64,000 nt of DNA from Fimicolochytrium jonesii (Eukaryota): positions 1 through 64,000 of the forward strand of contig NW_026515693.1 in NCBI RefSeq assembly GCF_025526975.1, given 5' to 3'. A program made the position numbers and the translations under genes. This document shows positions 12,118-24,572 of the stretch, one piece after another; position 1 is the first letter of the stretch, and each line of letters opens with the position of its first letter. The notes under the pieces were generated by a model. The model was not told the DNA's origin. It worked only from the letters and a program-made list of their open reading frames with translations, and did not search any database.

Positions 12118-12685
12118 GGTGGTCGGATATCCTTAGGAGAGGGTGGATATATCGTTATGGGAGGGGTTTAGACGATGGCAGTCCGTGAATATATACTTTT
12201 TCCCAGAGGGAAGAGAAAGGGAAAGCCGCACTCGACCGGAAGCCTCACTTCACCCCAATAACCATGTGGTGCGTGTCCTTATTCCACTACCTACATCTGT
12301 ATCAATACACGCGCGACTCTAATAATAAACAACGGCAGATCATTAAAGGATCAATAAATACATCGCGTTTCAAACGTATGCGGCCACATACGGATCGCAG
12401 GACTCTTCGCAGAGAGGGGATCTGCCGCGTAAGCTGAGGGGGAAGACGCGCAAGGGGTGAACATTGAAATGGACTCGAAAACACTCGATTCGAATGGACG
12501 ACCAAGCAACAGACCTGTATGGACACTCTAATTTAAAAGGCTCCGTTCATCCGTCCGTTTGGCGGTTTGCCTCTCTTGTCTTTGTCGTTTTGGGACCTGC
12601 ATGCGCCTGCTCGTTACCGTCTGGTCAGCCGCTACGTTGGACTGTTGAGATCCGCAACTTCGAAAATCCTCACACCATCGTAGCC

Positions 12686-15410
12686 ATGTACATCCGTCGC
12701 CGACTTCGTCCGGCATATTGTACCATACTTATGCTCCTCGGAGGAGCTATTGTAATTTATGAAAGCACATCGGCGGCTTTATCTTTCATATCTCGTCATC
12801 GACCCGTCCATAAGTACGAGTCCCACATCGGTGTCCCCCTACCATCTAACCACGTTTACAACCATACTGCCAAAGTCTCCGCCAATGCTGGTGCACTGGC
12901 GGCTGCCGAGTGGCAATCGGGTGCACTACGGGAATTGCAAGAAGCGACTTCAGGTATAGCCGTGTGGCTTGCAAGTTCGCTTTCCTCCCCTGCTCACCCC
13001 CAGTGCTTTCGTACAAATCCAGTGTCAGCAAGGAATATCAAAGTTCTTGGGTTTGTCTTTCCGCAGTTCCATCCAATACCAGAAAATAATGCTTTTTGGG
13101 GCCCCAACTTCACGGAATGGGTTAACGTCAGAAAAGCCAGCAAGAACAAGTTTGGCATGGAGGTCCCGCAACCGGAATGGGGCTACTACAATCTTCTGGA
13201 CTTTGATGTTCGCAAGCGTATGGTAGGTATTGGCAGTTCCCTGCGCCTCCTGATGGGGTATGCTGCGCTTCGTCGCTAGGGCTCAAACGGTTGCATGCAT
13301 GAGTAGGGTGACTTCTTGAGGGATAAAGGAATGTACGGCATCGTAATCCACCACTACTGGTTCGAGCAGCGGCCGATCATGGATCGATTTGGGAAGGTAG
13401 GTTGGGAACTGCACGGAAGAGTCCGTTCAAATCCGGAGCTAACCACTCTCACTTCTTAGCAAATCCTTGTGGACGGTGAGCCCAATATGCCATTCTTCTT
13501 CAACTGGGCTAACGAGCCTTGGACAAAAAGGTATACATTGTGCTCCAGAGCTCATAAACGGATGCGTGTGATTGACATCCCACTTCTCTCGCAGGTGGGA
13601 CGGATTGGACAGAAGCGAAGTGCTGTTGCCGCAAAGCTACGGAGATGAGGTTACCTGGAAAGTGCACTTTGACTACCTGATGCCCTATTTTCTCCACCCG
13701 AAGTATATAAAGGTAAGGCCCCTTTGGCGCTGCTTTTTCTTCGTCCGCCGCCCCTTCATAATCTACCTCAATATCCCTTCAGGTCGGGGGCCGGCCAGTG
13801 TTTGCCATTTACAAAGCATCTCATATGCGGCATACCCTGGGCCCCATGATGGCTAAATTTAGACAGTGGGCGGTGGAGGCGGGCTTTCCTCCCGGCGGAA
13901 TAGAAGTCATGCAGGCCAACTGGCAGGACGACCCTGTAGATCCGAACGTAGATGCCGTATATGATTTTCAGCCTCACGCTGGCGGTTGGGACGCTGGTAA
14001 CAAGGCGCTCCCCGCAAAAAGACATCCAATCCATCACAGGTACTACTGGTTACGTATCTGTTTTCGAGGGATGAGCTCAGCAACAACTCCATTTTAGGGG
14101 CGCCATGGTATCCTGGGACAATACACCCCGACATCTCACCGACGGTGCGGCTAACATGTATCTGGGCTCACATCCATCGCGGTGGTACTACGAATTGGTG
14201 GACTTGATACAATCGATCGTTGCCGACCCTAACCCAATGGCATCCGAGAACTTTCTTTTCATCAATGCCGTGAACGAATGGGGTGAAGGCAACGTGCTCG
14301 AGCCGACCGTACAACAAGGTGACGCATACGCCCAATCCCTCAAGAGGGCGCTCCAATTTGCGCGCGAAACCGGGGGATTAGTGACAGCACGGGATTCCGA
14401 GGCATGGCTGCCCGCAGTTCCCCAGCGACCAGAGACCTGTATCCTTGTGCGAACGTACAGGGGTCACGAGGACGACCAGGTCTTTACCTTGCGCGGTCTG
14501 ATAACGTCCCTTCGCCGGTTAACCAATCCTAACTGGGTGGCGGTAATCTTCCCCACCGATATGTCTGACACCTCGTACTGGGATCGCTTGAGGGAGGACT
14601 TTGATGACGAACGCCTGACGTTCTACCACCCACCAGACAAAGTGCGCCGAGTCTACTCCACGAAAGACGCAGGATACCATGCGACTGACTACGTCCTGAA
14701 GAATCTGGAGAGGGCTTGCCCGCGGTGTGCCAGCGCTAAATGGCTGCTGGTCACAAATGGAGACAATATTTATCGCCCGGACACGCTTTCGTACTTCGAC
14801 CACCAACATGACTTCATCGGGCTGAACTTTTTCTCGCGCTGGGTCGTCCACAACAACGACCAGAAACATAAAGTCCTCTGGAGCGATAGGTGCGAACGAT
14901 TTCAGCAGGAGGTGAGTTTCTGTACTTTCTTTGAGGTCCATTTTGCCTTGATGAAGGAACTAAAGACATAGGAACGGGCACTGCAAGGATCACTGCTTTC
15001 GCCCATCTCCGGCTGTAGGAAAGATTGACTTGGGCGCCATGATACTGAATCTCACCAAGTTTCGTAAAACTGGTTATACGTGGTCGTCGTTTACGGGAAA
15101 GCATCCGCTCGCACAGGATGGGAAGATGGCCGAAAAGCTTATTTCGAACGGTTTCCGCTTCGCAAACGTCCCCGAACATGTGAAGGGCTGCCAGCTGCTG
15201 CATAATCCCAGCTATGCCGCCTGCCGGGGAATGGGGCACGTATGGTTCGATTCCCCTAAGTTTTCTGAGGCAACCTGCTTGAAAGGCTCCGACGTTCACG
15301 CTCTGTTCGATAAGCGGGGCGAAGGAGCGCTGGACGCCGACTACCTGCTCGCGAATGGACACTGCATTCGATATAGCAAAAAGAGGTACCAAGAGCTCAC
15401 ATTACCGTGA
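12686..15410 (+). CDS. WbsX-like (GH99-like fold) domain fused to a TNGDN GT-A-like domain, 7 exons
   Basis: TM anchor; FPQFHPIPENNAFWG, FTEWVNV, HHYWF, NWANEPW, WDNTPR, INAVNEWGEGNVLEP; then CILVRTY...WLLVTNGDNIY; six GT-AG introns restore the frame. Confidence 0.85.
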
Positions 15411-15679
15411 GGCCAACAGCGCTCCAGCGTCTGAGCCAAGACATGTACATAGAAGACCTTTGTCGAGGTGGTTTAGATCTGTCTGTTCGATACTAATGTC
15501 GTTTGCGCCACCAACGCTTTGACTGCCGTCTTACGAACCCCATCTGGGGGATATCTCTGAAGAAATCACTGGTTCACATGGGCATTCCACAGTAGACCTC
15601 TCTGGTCTCCGGAAGAGGATCAGAATATGCCTGGCTCCTCTTGCTCGGCAGGTGGTACGTATAGTAGGAGAACGAACAC

Positions 15680-16212
15680 CTAGCCAGTAGGCCCTGCGAT
15701 GTGTGTAGTCCGTGCGCATTCCGCCCCTTGGAGTGTGTCTCCGAGATGTTCGCACTGTTTCGAAACCCCAATGATACCAGCTTGATACGCAAGTGCGACA
15801 TAGATTTGCTTGGCCATCATTGCGCTCCTCACAGTAAACGGTCCCTCTGCCTCCACTATTCTATTCCTCTTCGGTAGGTATACGCTGCCGACCTGTTGAT
15901 AATTGCGAAGCCCAGTAAAATCTTCGTGAACGTGAGGAAAGACATCAAGAATGTGACAACCGCGACGAAAGTTACAGCCGCCAGCCTTGTGCGTGTAGTA
16001 CTGGAGACGATGTATTGCATGCATCGCCCGTGGGAAGAGATACAAGGTTAGGACGATGGAACATAGAGATGTCAAGACAAGGCTCACAAGAAGAAGCCTG
16101 TCGATTGACGACTGTTGGCTGATGGTATGCCCATGCTGGCGAAGTTTGGCCTATGATATTTGCGGCTTACTGAAGTATAATATCGAGGGTTCAGGAGGAA
16201 CTTGGAATCCAT
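15680..16212 (-). CDS. Small or truncated type II membrane protein of unknown function
   Basis: ATG at 16212; a phase-0 GTAAGC...CAACAG intron joins to TM segment LLLVSLVLTSLCSIVLTLYLF; no recognised catalytic domain. Confidence 0.35.
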
Positions 16213-17326
16213 ATCAACATTGACGACAGCGGGCGGTTGTGAGGTCCTCACAGCCGGCCGGTGACTTCTGCGGGCCACAAGGATTTATTGACCGCGTCCG
16301 GATTGTCATTGTCATTGGAGTCGGAGTTATCTGGCTCGCCGGGTCCGTAACGGAAGCATCAGCTAACCCGTGTGCATGTGTGACATGAGAAGGAATACGA
16401 GTGCCAGCAGGGCTCCGTCCTCCCGGTATACAGGGAACGCGACGCGCTTACGTCAGCATCGGGGCGCGCAATCACCCAGTTAGGGACTTATGATGGCCCC
16501 GATAGATACCAGTAAACGTGTCCCCAGCTCTGGAACCCCGTCGCTCAGCTAGGAAACGAGAGTTTGCGTCCGATATCAGTGTAGAAGGATCGACCCCCTA
16601 ATCATTGGCCCCCGTCCGACGGGGATTGGCGCTGCCAAACATGCAAAGCAACTTAGCTCAAAGTCCTGACTGATTGTGGACAGTTTTCCGGGAGTGGGAG
16701 AGTTTGCGTTGACCGATGTTACCGACGAACGACTTCCCTCCGATGTTGGTGGCCATGTGTACGTTGGGAACGGCAATCTCCACCTATGGGCTCTCAGATT
16801 TCTGTCTCTTGTCTTCATGTCCTCTCCCTCTCTGCCATGTTATCGCGTACAAGTACTATAGGAGTAGCCAGCTGAGAGGAGTACCTCCCATAAACCCTCG
16901 TGTAATCCTGTTCCTGTTATTTTTTCGTATTCCAGGTTCTCCTTTGCTCCCTCTCTGTGGTACCCACAGTCCCCACCATCTGCTGACGTTACCTCTGTGT
17001 CTCATGATTACCTACGCTGTATCGCGGATTCCACGCGTTCCACAATGGTACAATTTCACGTACTGTATGTTTAATCTGGATCACTTATGGGTTCGGGAGT
17101 GATTCTTTGAAGAACGTATACGGGCCAAACGGACCACATCAGGCACCAGTCAACGCACGAGCGACGCGTTACTAGACGACGACCCGTTAGTCGCTGAGCT
17201 GCGAATTACTTTTTCTCCGAATTCACGTTTGCCCATTTTCGGGTCGGTCACTTCCGAGAAGCCTTCCCACCCAGCCGTTGTAGACGGCAAAAGCATAGGT
17301 TGCGGAGCCAGCGACGGAATCTAGCG

Positions 17327-19559
17327 ATGAGGGCTGTAACAGACTTTTCCACGGCGTTCGCTTGGGTTACCACGGTGATCACCAGTTCGGCGGCGGCGCT
17401 GTTAATTCGCCTTTCTCGGAAAAGAGCGGGCGGTTCATATCAAGATTCCACCGCTATCATGTTATCGGAGAGCCTCAAGCTATTGGTGTACGTCATTGGG
17501 ATACGTTTTCAAAGGTCAACAAATCAAGCTACAGTTCCTGAGCAGGGCACTGTAGGTATGCGAGCGATCGTAAGTTGTCAAGGAGGTCCCAAGGTGCTAT
17601 TAGCTGCGGGGCTACTTTTCAGTCACAACTATTTGAAATTCATTGCCTCCTCATGGTAAGAAGCATACCGTCCTTAACGCTGGCGTATTGTTAGGGCGGG
17701 CAATGCCTAACCCCACCCTTTCTTCCACTTAGCCTGGGCGTTGCGCAAGTTTTATCCCTTAACCAGATGTCGATTTGCACCGCTGCGGTCTTCGCAACTT
17801 TCCTCCTAGGCCATGCCGTGGCCATTCGGGAGCGCTTTGCCTTAGCCGTTCTGGTTGTGGGAGCTATCATAGTACAGCTTCCTAAGAACCTGAACGGCCC
17901 TTCCGAGAATTCCTTTGGTCTATGGTCCGGGATTCTTGTTCCGTGGATATCTGGTTTTTTCGAAACCTATATGCAGTCTGCGAAAGTGTCCCGCTCGTCA
18001 CAGTTAGGGCTAAACCTGGAACTCAGCGTGTACTCCGTCACCCTCTCACTGTTCGCTGTCGCAGTGCAGAGCGGAGCAAAACTGCGGGAAGGCCAAGACT
18101 GGATCTGGAGCGGATACTCAGTGTGGACATGGCTGGCAATTGTTGCACATGGGTTGAACGGCCTCACCTTCTCGAATGCCCTTAACAGCCTTAGTAGAAC
18201 TCATAGGAACTCTGCTGGGGCGTGCGCCATGATTCTGAGCAGTTTCGCTGCAGTACGCATACTTGATGAAGCTTTTACGTTGTACGTGACCTTAGGTGGG
18301 TTCGTGAATTCAATAAGACAAACACGCATTTCACCGAGGGCTTACCGCCGTACAGGCCTGTTTTTGATCTTCTTCGCTACCATTCAATGCAACTGCTGGG
18401 ATAGCTTCAGTAAGATCGGAACCATATCTTACGGCATTGTCCGTAGCGACGGGACCTCCGCTAAACATTTCCGACAACGGAATGTGTCAAGATCGATTTT
18501 CCGGCCGATGCTGAGCATGTCCGGCGGGATATTAGTCATATTATTGGTGTGGACTACCAGGTGGACGTTCTTATATTCCGTGACTCCAGCGTTCTTGACT
18601 CCAAGCATCCCGTGCACCTTCAATCACACGGGTCCGCTACACGACGAAGATCTGAACTGCTTGATAGAAGTCTTTCCCTTCGCTACCCCGACGAAATTAA
18701 GGCCCGTCGTCAACGGCACTCACAAGATCAAAGGCATTTCATGGAATGATGGAACTCCTCCGTAAGTAATTTTGCCGCAACTATAGCTATCGATGCTCTC
18801 TTGACACCGCACTCCCGCAGTATTCCAATCTTTATTATGTTCAAGGATCGCGTATCCCAGCTTCTTGAGCTGATTCGCAGCTTACATCGGCACATCCTTA
18901 CGCCATTCGAGATCGTTATCATGGATCAGAATTCAACGTATCCGCAAGCGGTAAATTTTGTGAGCAGACTCGAAGAATCCGGTGTCACTATCCTGCGAGT
19001 GACTGATCCATGGAACACCTTCGACGAGCTCTACTACGTGTTTGTTCGTTTGCTTAACAAATACATGGAAACAAGTAACGCCAGCTACTACATCCTTACC
19101 GACCCCGATACCGCCCTTGATAATGCCCCTGGCGATGTGCTGCAAGTCTATCAATCCGTACTGGACGTCAATAACTTGTATAGCGTTGGGGCGGCCATCC
19201 GGTGGGACGACTTACCCGACGAGCTTCGCGATGGTCATATGATGTGGGAACAAGTGATGGTTACGTTACCTGCACAGTGCCATGTGTATCGGAGCGCATG
19301 CTATTATTACAATACCGCCAAAGTTGATACCACCTTCGCTATGTACAGAAAGGGTCAAACCCTAAAACGACTGGCCGAACCAACGGTACGGATGCTTCCA
19401 CCATTAGGGGTTAGGCACCTGGATTTTTATCTGTACGATAAGTCCATACAAGTACCGGATGATGTCGAGTTCTACGAAAACGCAGTTGCCGGAAACGGGG
19501 TTCACCACTACAGTCACGGGAACGAAATCGACAAGGGAAGCGAGGCGGTGTCGAGCTAA
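17327..19559 (+). CDS. SLC35A-like nucleotide-sugar transporter fused to a GT2-like glycosyltransferase, 4 exons
   Basis: STAIMLSESLKL, LNQMSICTAAVF, SGFFETYM, GYSVWTW; extra TM; then IPIFIMFKDR, IMDQNSTYP, YYILTDPD, VDTTFAMYR. Introns about 17656-17732, 18296-18355, 18762-18820 keep the frame. Confidence 0.8.
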
Positions 19560-20679
19560 GGACCAAAGTTAATCTACGATGGGACAAACGTCGGTGCTAT
19601 GGATATCATATCCAGAATTCGATATCTTAGGCATCCGACTGTCCTGTGAAAGACACAAGCAGTGGCTTCTCTCCATCGGAAATCCAAAAGTCACTGGATG
19701 GTGGAGATTGGAAAAGACTATACAATAGAACTCTGCTATCGCCCATCCTGTCTCCTATAATAACTTTTGAATCCAAGTGAAGGCATTCCGCACACCTTTA
19801 AAGTTGTGCTTCTCTGATAATGGTTCAACCCCCAGCTTGCAATGCTGGAGAGCGGGACATAAGCGGTGGTATTCGGGTTGTGTTCAAGCTCCGAGTCTTT
19901 TACGAATAGCTGAGGTGCGCAAAGTGCCCAAACTCGGCGGAACGCACTCTTTTGATGAGCTGGTATGTCTGGCAAGGGCAGATAATACGGTGTGGGACTC
20001 CCAAGTCCACCGGGACTAATATGTACGGAGCAGAAGTCGATTCGTGTTGACCCGCCGGTATGCTAAATTGCTTAGCAGGTGACTTAGGGTAGGCTGCTTC
20101 AGTGTCGGAAGTCCACATTGTCCGGATTACTGTCCTGGAAAGATCCAATGAGATTGGTGAAGCCCCTTTGCTCCGACAACGGGAATCTACAGTATCTTCT
20201 GCCCGATCAAGTCCGACGTGTGCTTCATGTTTATTGCGAAGAAGCTGTATTATCCGCCACCCGCTACTACTCCGCCCCGCTCAACCTGTATCCGTCCCTT
20301 CGCCCCCGCCGCCCTCTGTTTCACCTTCCTCACCCTACCTTTAAGGGCAACGTTGCCGTTCAAAAGTTCTCCAATGTCAACGGTCCTACGTCTTCAAATT
20401 CACTCCTTTAAATTTAGGATGGTCAACGGAACACCATGTGCACGCATAAACGTCGTTTAAGTGCAGATGCATGCATTTATGTAAGTTTTAAATATTATGA
20501 ACGCGTTGGAATTGACGCGCATTACGTCAGCCAGCGCCTGAAAGTGATGGGTCGCGCTGCCGACGGGGAGTTGTGAATTCGGCATCCGATCCTCCGCGAG
20601 CTTCAAATTCTGCGTAGATATCGTTGTTCCGATGCACCAGCTCAGGAAACACTCATCGTCGTCAAAGGCCCGCCTAGTA

Positions 20680-22225
20680 ATGATGGCCGTCAGATCGTTC
20701 ACGACACGGAAGTCCACGATCATTGCGGCATTAGTGCTCACAATGACCGGATGTGCACTTGTTTCGGTGCCCTCAAGGGACATGATTTCGTCTACAAGGG
20801 AACCAGCTGGCGGCATGATCCCCTTTTGGGCTAGTGCTCCCAGTAGCAAGGCGGATATCGTCGACAGGTATACTCGTTGCCTCACCCGACCTCCTAGTGG
20901 TGCTGTCATGTACAATACAGAACGATGCTGGAGTGACATCTCAACGTATGTCCTGGACTTTCCTCAGAAGATAAACATCGACCGGCTCCACAAATGGCTG
21001 ACTTCCCTTCCTGCAGTGAGATTTATATGGATGTATTGGCCAGAATCGAGGATTCGGCCCCGACCGAGCTTAGTCGTTTTCAGATTGCCGAAAACCAATT
21101 ATATTTGCCAAACTGGCAACCATTTGATTTATTCAAGCCTACATACGAGTGCAACGCCATGGACCTGCTCAGGTACAGTACGCTATATCTCCCATGCTGT
21201 TGATTGCACGTTTCTGCAACCTTCTAAAATCTTACATGGCTTTTAAGGATCGGCGAACCTTCGAGGAAGTCGGACAGTGGGAAGTGGCTTTGGTAATTGA
21301 AGACAACAGTGTTGACCCTGGCATACGAGCTCTAGCTAATATGACGCTTTAGCTCGGACAAGATTGAATTTGGCAATAAATGTGTGATCTTCTCCGTCGG
21401 ATCGAACAATCAATTTGATTTCGAAGTCGAGATGCACGGCCATTTTCCCAAATGTGAGGTACGTATGTATGCGCGTTACGGCCGGCATGCCCTTGAGACG
21501 CAAAATGCTGAAGGGAGCTTGTTTTGTTGCAACTTGCAGATTCACACGTTCGACTGCACCGGAGATTTCAGCAATCCATCCACAACATTTCACAGAACGT
21601 GTGTTGGAAGGGAGGATGTGAAAACCGAGAAAGGGGCCTTCAAGCGCTTGTCAACAATCAAGAAGGAGCTAGGGGTCAACACAGTGTCCTTGCTCAAGAT
21701 GGACATTGAAAAGTATGTGGTTTTGCGGCAGCAATCACTCTCCCGTTGTGCTGATCCCCGGATATCAGCTTCGAATGGCAGTTCTTCTTAGACATGCTAG
21801 ACGAACCAGAGGATAGTCGGCCAATGCAAATACTTGTTGAGTTTCATATTCGCATGGAGCTGCATGACCCCACCGGAAAATTGATGCCCTACCCCTGGGA
21901 TCTCGCGCCCACCCTCTTTGAGGGTTGGAATCGAAACTGGGCCATCCCAATCGCTCGAATGGTGAAAGTATTCCACCAGCTTGGGTATAGGATAGTTTGG
22001 CAGGTACCGATATGATGACATGTCCCTGAAAGGTTTCGAATGGCTTCCTATATTCTACGTTTATACTTACCTCTCCCCTTCCCGACTTCGTTTACTTAAT
22101 CAGGAAAGGTAAGGACGCTCCTTGTTGATATCCCGGAACCTGTTATTGACGTCTTATCCTTATACAGGAACCGGTGGGGAGAATTCGCCACGGAACTTAT
22201 TCTCGTCCATCAACGAGCCTTATAA
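20680..22225 (+). CDS. Membrane-anchored Methyltransf_22 (METTL24/FkbM-like) methyltransferase, multi-exon
   Basis: TM/signal segment; FKPTYEC, DSGKWLC, CVIFSVGSNNQFDFE, IHTFDCT, LLKMDIE, QILVEFH; about 7 introns. The start could be 20632. Confidence 0.8.
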
Positions 22226-22931
22226 GCATTCTGAGCAGATTGCCAATAGGAGGATACCCTTTGACGACAATGTGTGTATCGAAGCCCACAATAGTTTCTA
22301 TATGTACTTTCTGTGTGCGCGACAATGTACATGAACCGGTTGCGATTCGCTATCCTCACGAGAGGCTAGACTGTTCTCCGCCTGGTGCTGGGAAGAAGAG
22401 AGGACGAGATAGAGCTGGATCAATGCATAGATCACTCACAAGACTCAATTCTCTGCCTTAACACATCAGACGTAATGTATTGATATTGTTTCTGGTGTGG
22501 ACTTCTGCAGGCGGGACAAAGATTTATTGCCGACCTTTTCGTGCGTTCCTCGTTAGTGTCTAGAAATGTCCATTGCCTTATTATGGTTTAGGGCACCAAT
22601 TGCTACACCAATGCGCTCGCCATTCAACATGACACACGGAAGAGCATCTCCTTTATCAACAGCAGTTTTCTCCGATTGTATTGACGCGTTGCATATATGG
22701 TTAAAAGCATCTCCATCATAGGGTCATTGACAAAATGTGGCCATTGATTTGTGGCCGTTAATGTGTACATGTATATCTATGTGTTTGCGTATATGCATTT
22801 GTGAACCTCTTTCCAGGACAGTCTTCCTTCGCTGATACTGAAATGGGACAGGGATTGCAGGCTTCCATGACATATAGCTCCTTAGGAGAGCAGGCTGCTC
22901 ATAATGTCGGCGCTCAGCACCTGATGATGAA

Positions 22932-24103
22932 TCAGGCAGTGCCGCGGAGCGGTGGCCCAGACACATAGTACGGGCAAGAGTTTTTGTGGATGCCGAGCAT
23001 GTTGTCGTGCCATGTGCTGTAATGATTCAGCGCATTATCATCTTGGTTGACCGGAATGGTGAGAAAACAGATAAGTTCATATGTCGGCCATTGTTCGACG
23101 TATTTTTACAGCCATGGTCATACCAATGCCCCGGTTCGCTTTGATGAATATGAGCTCATACGGGTGGAAGCTCATGCCATAGTAGCGATCCCGAAAATTC
23201 ATGTCGCCGGAGTCACAACGATCCGGGTCACCCGTGGCAGAAGTCATCAGCGCATCCACTTTGTAGCCATTGGTCTCCAAGATGCCGGTCAAGGGAACCT
23301 CGCCCATATGAACTGCATCAGTGATTTTGTCCGGGCAAGGCAATGTTGCGGGCCCAACCGCATATCCAACCTCATCGAAGGCCAATACCATACTCTGCAC
23401 GTGCCGGGAAACTCCATGCATATTGCAATAGACCGTCGTCCCCACCATTTTGACGTCATCTGTGAGGCGATCGAGGAAATGATCGATCCAGCACCCTCTA
23501 TCGTATAGTGGAAGAAAGGGACCCCGCACCGATGCGTTAATCATTATGTACCGTCGGTAGCGGCGATGTCTTTTAGCCATATACTCTACTCCTTGGCGGA
23601 AAGAACCCAAATCGTAACATCTGCAGAGAAGTCGATGAGAGAAAAGGAAATAGGCAATTTTAGCTTCCCATTTTAGGTTAGGCAGCCATGGAATTTGGCA
23701 TGACACCTAACAGGACCCCAGACACATACTTGTTCTCTTTTCCCCACACGAAGATGTTTGGCAAGTTGGGAAACACCACGCCTTGAGGTGTGGGACTGTT
23801 CATAACGAACAGGTAATCGGCATTGCTTTGCAATCCATGACGTAGGAAAAACTCCAAGTTGGCTGTCTGCTGTGGTCTGTTCCGGGCGGCGTCTGCGGCG
23901 TTGAAACCATTGATTGTACCCATGCTTGCGCGGAAGGATTCATCTTCCGGAGTCATGCTTCCGTCGTAATAGACGTACACAATTAGAGGTCGAAGCATAG
24001 ACCTCCGTAGCGTCCTATAGAATATAAAAAAGGCGATGGCGAGCGCAATCATGCTTGCCCCCGCTAGCACTCGGCGAGGGACGAGTCGGCGAGGTTGGAA
24101 CAT
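22932..24103 (-). CDS. RgpF (rhamnan synthesis F)-like putative glycosyltransferase, 3 exons
   Basis: TM anchor; LIVYVYY, NLEFFLRHG, ENK-CYDLGSF, INASVRGPFLP, HVQSM, HPYELIFIKANR. Confidence 0.7.
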
Positions 24104-24572
24104 GTCGGACGTAGGTTATTGCTATCCAGGCGAAAGCTAAAACGAGCATATGGAAGAAGACAAGCAAATCGTTGAATTCATGTGATATGGGCGAGGGCAG
24201 TGCTGCACATATACGTATATAGGTGGCGGAATTTCAGCACGTTGGCAGGAAGCAGGCACAGCCCGGGCTTGCCACTTGATTGCTTTGTCAACAGTCGTAG
24301 AACCCAGTACTGCCCGTCAGTGGTGCATCTTCAGAACGCGTCGGTCGGCATGCGTTACATAATCATATTTGCACGCGTATTTGCCACGAAAAGTGCCCCG
24401 GCGAGGCTTCCTTGTGCAGGCGGCTTTCCATTTGGAAATATACTGTATATATATACATATATATATCACCGCACCCGCGTCCGATCACTGTGCCGGTCAA
24501 CTCTTCACCCTGCTCGCAACCTTTACTTCGTCCATCCACAAATCCTGCGCTACACCCCAGAAGCTACGAGAT

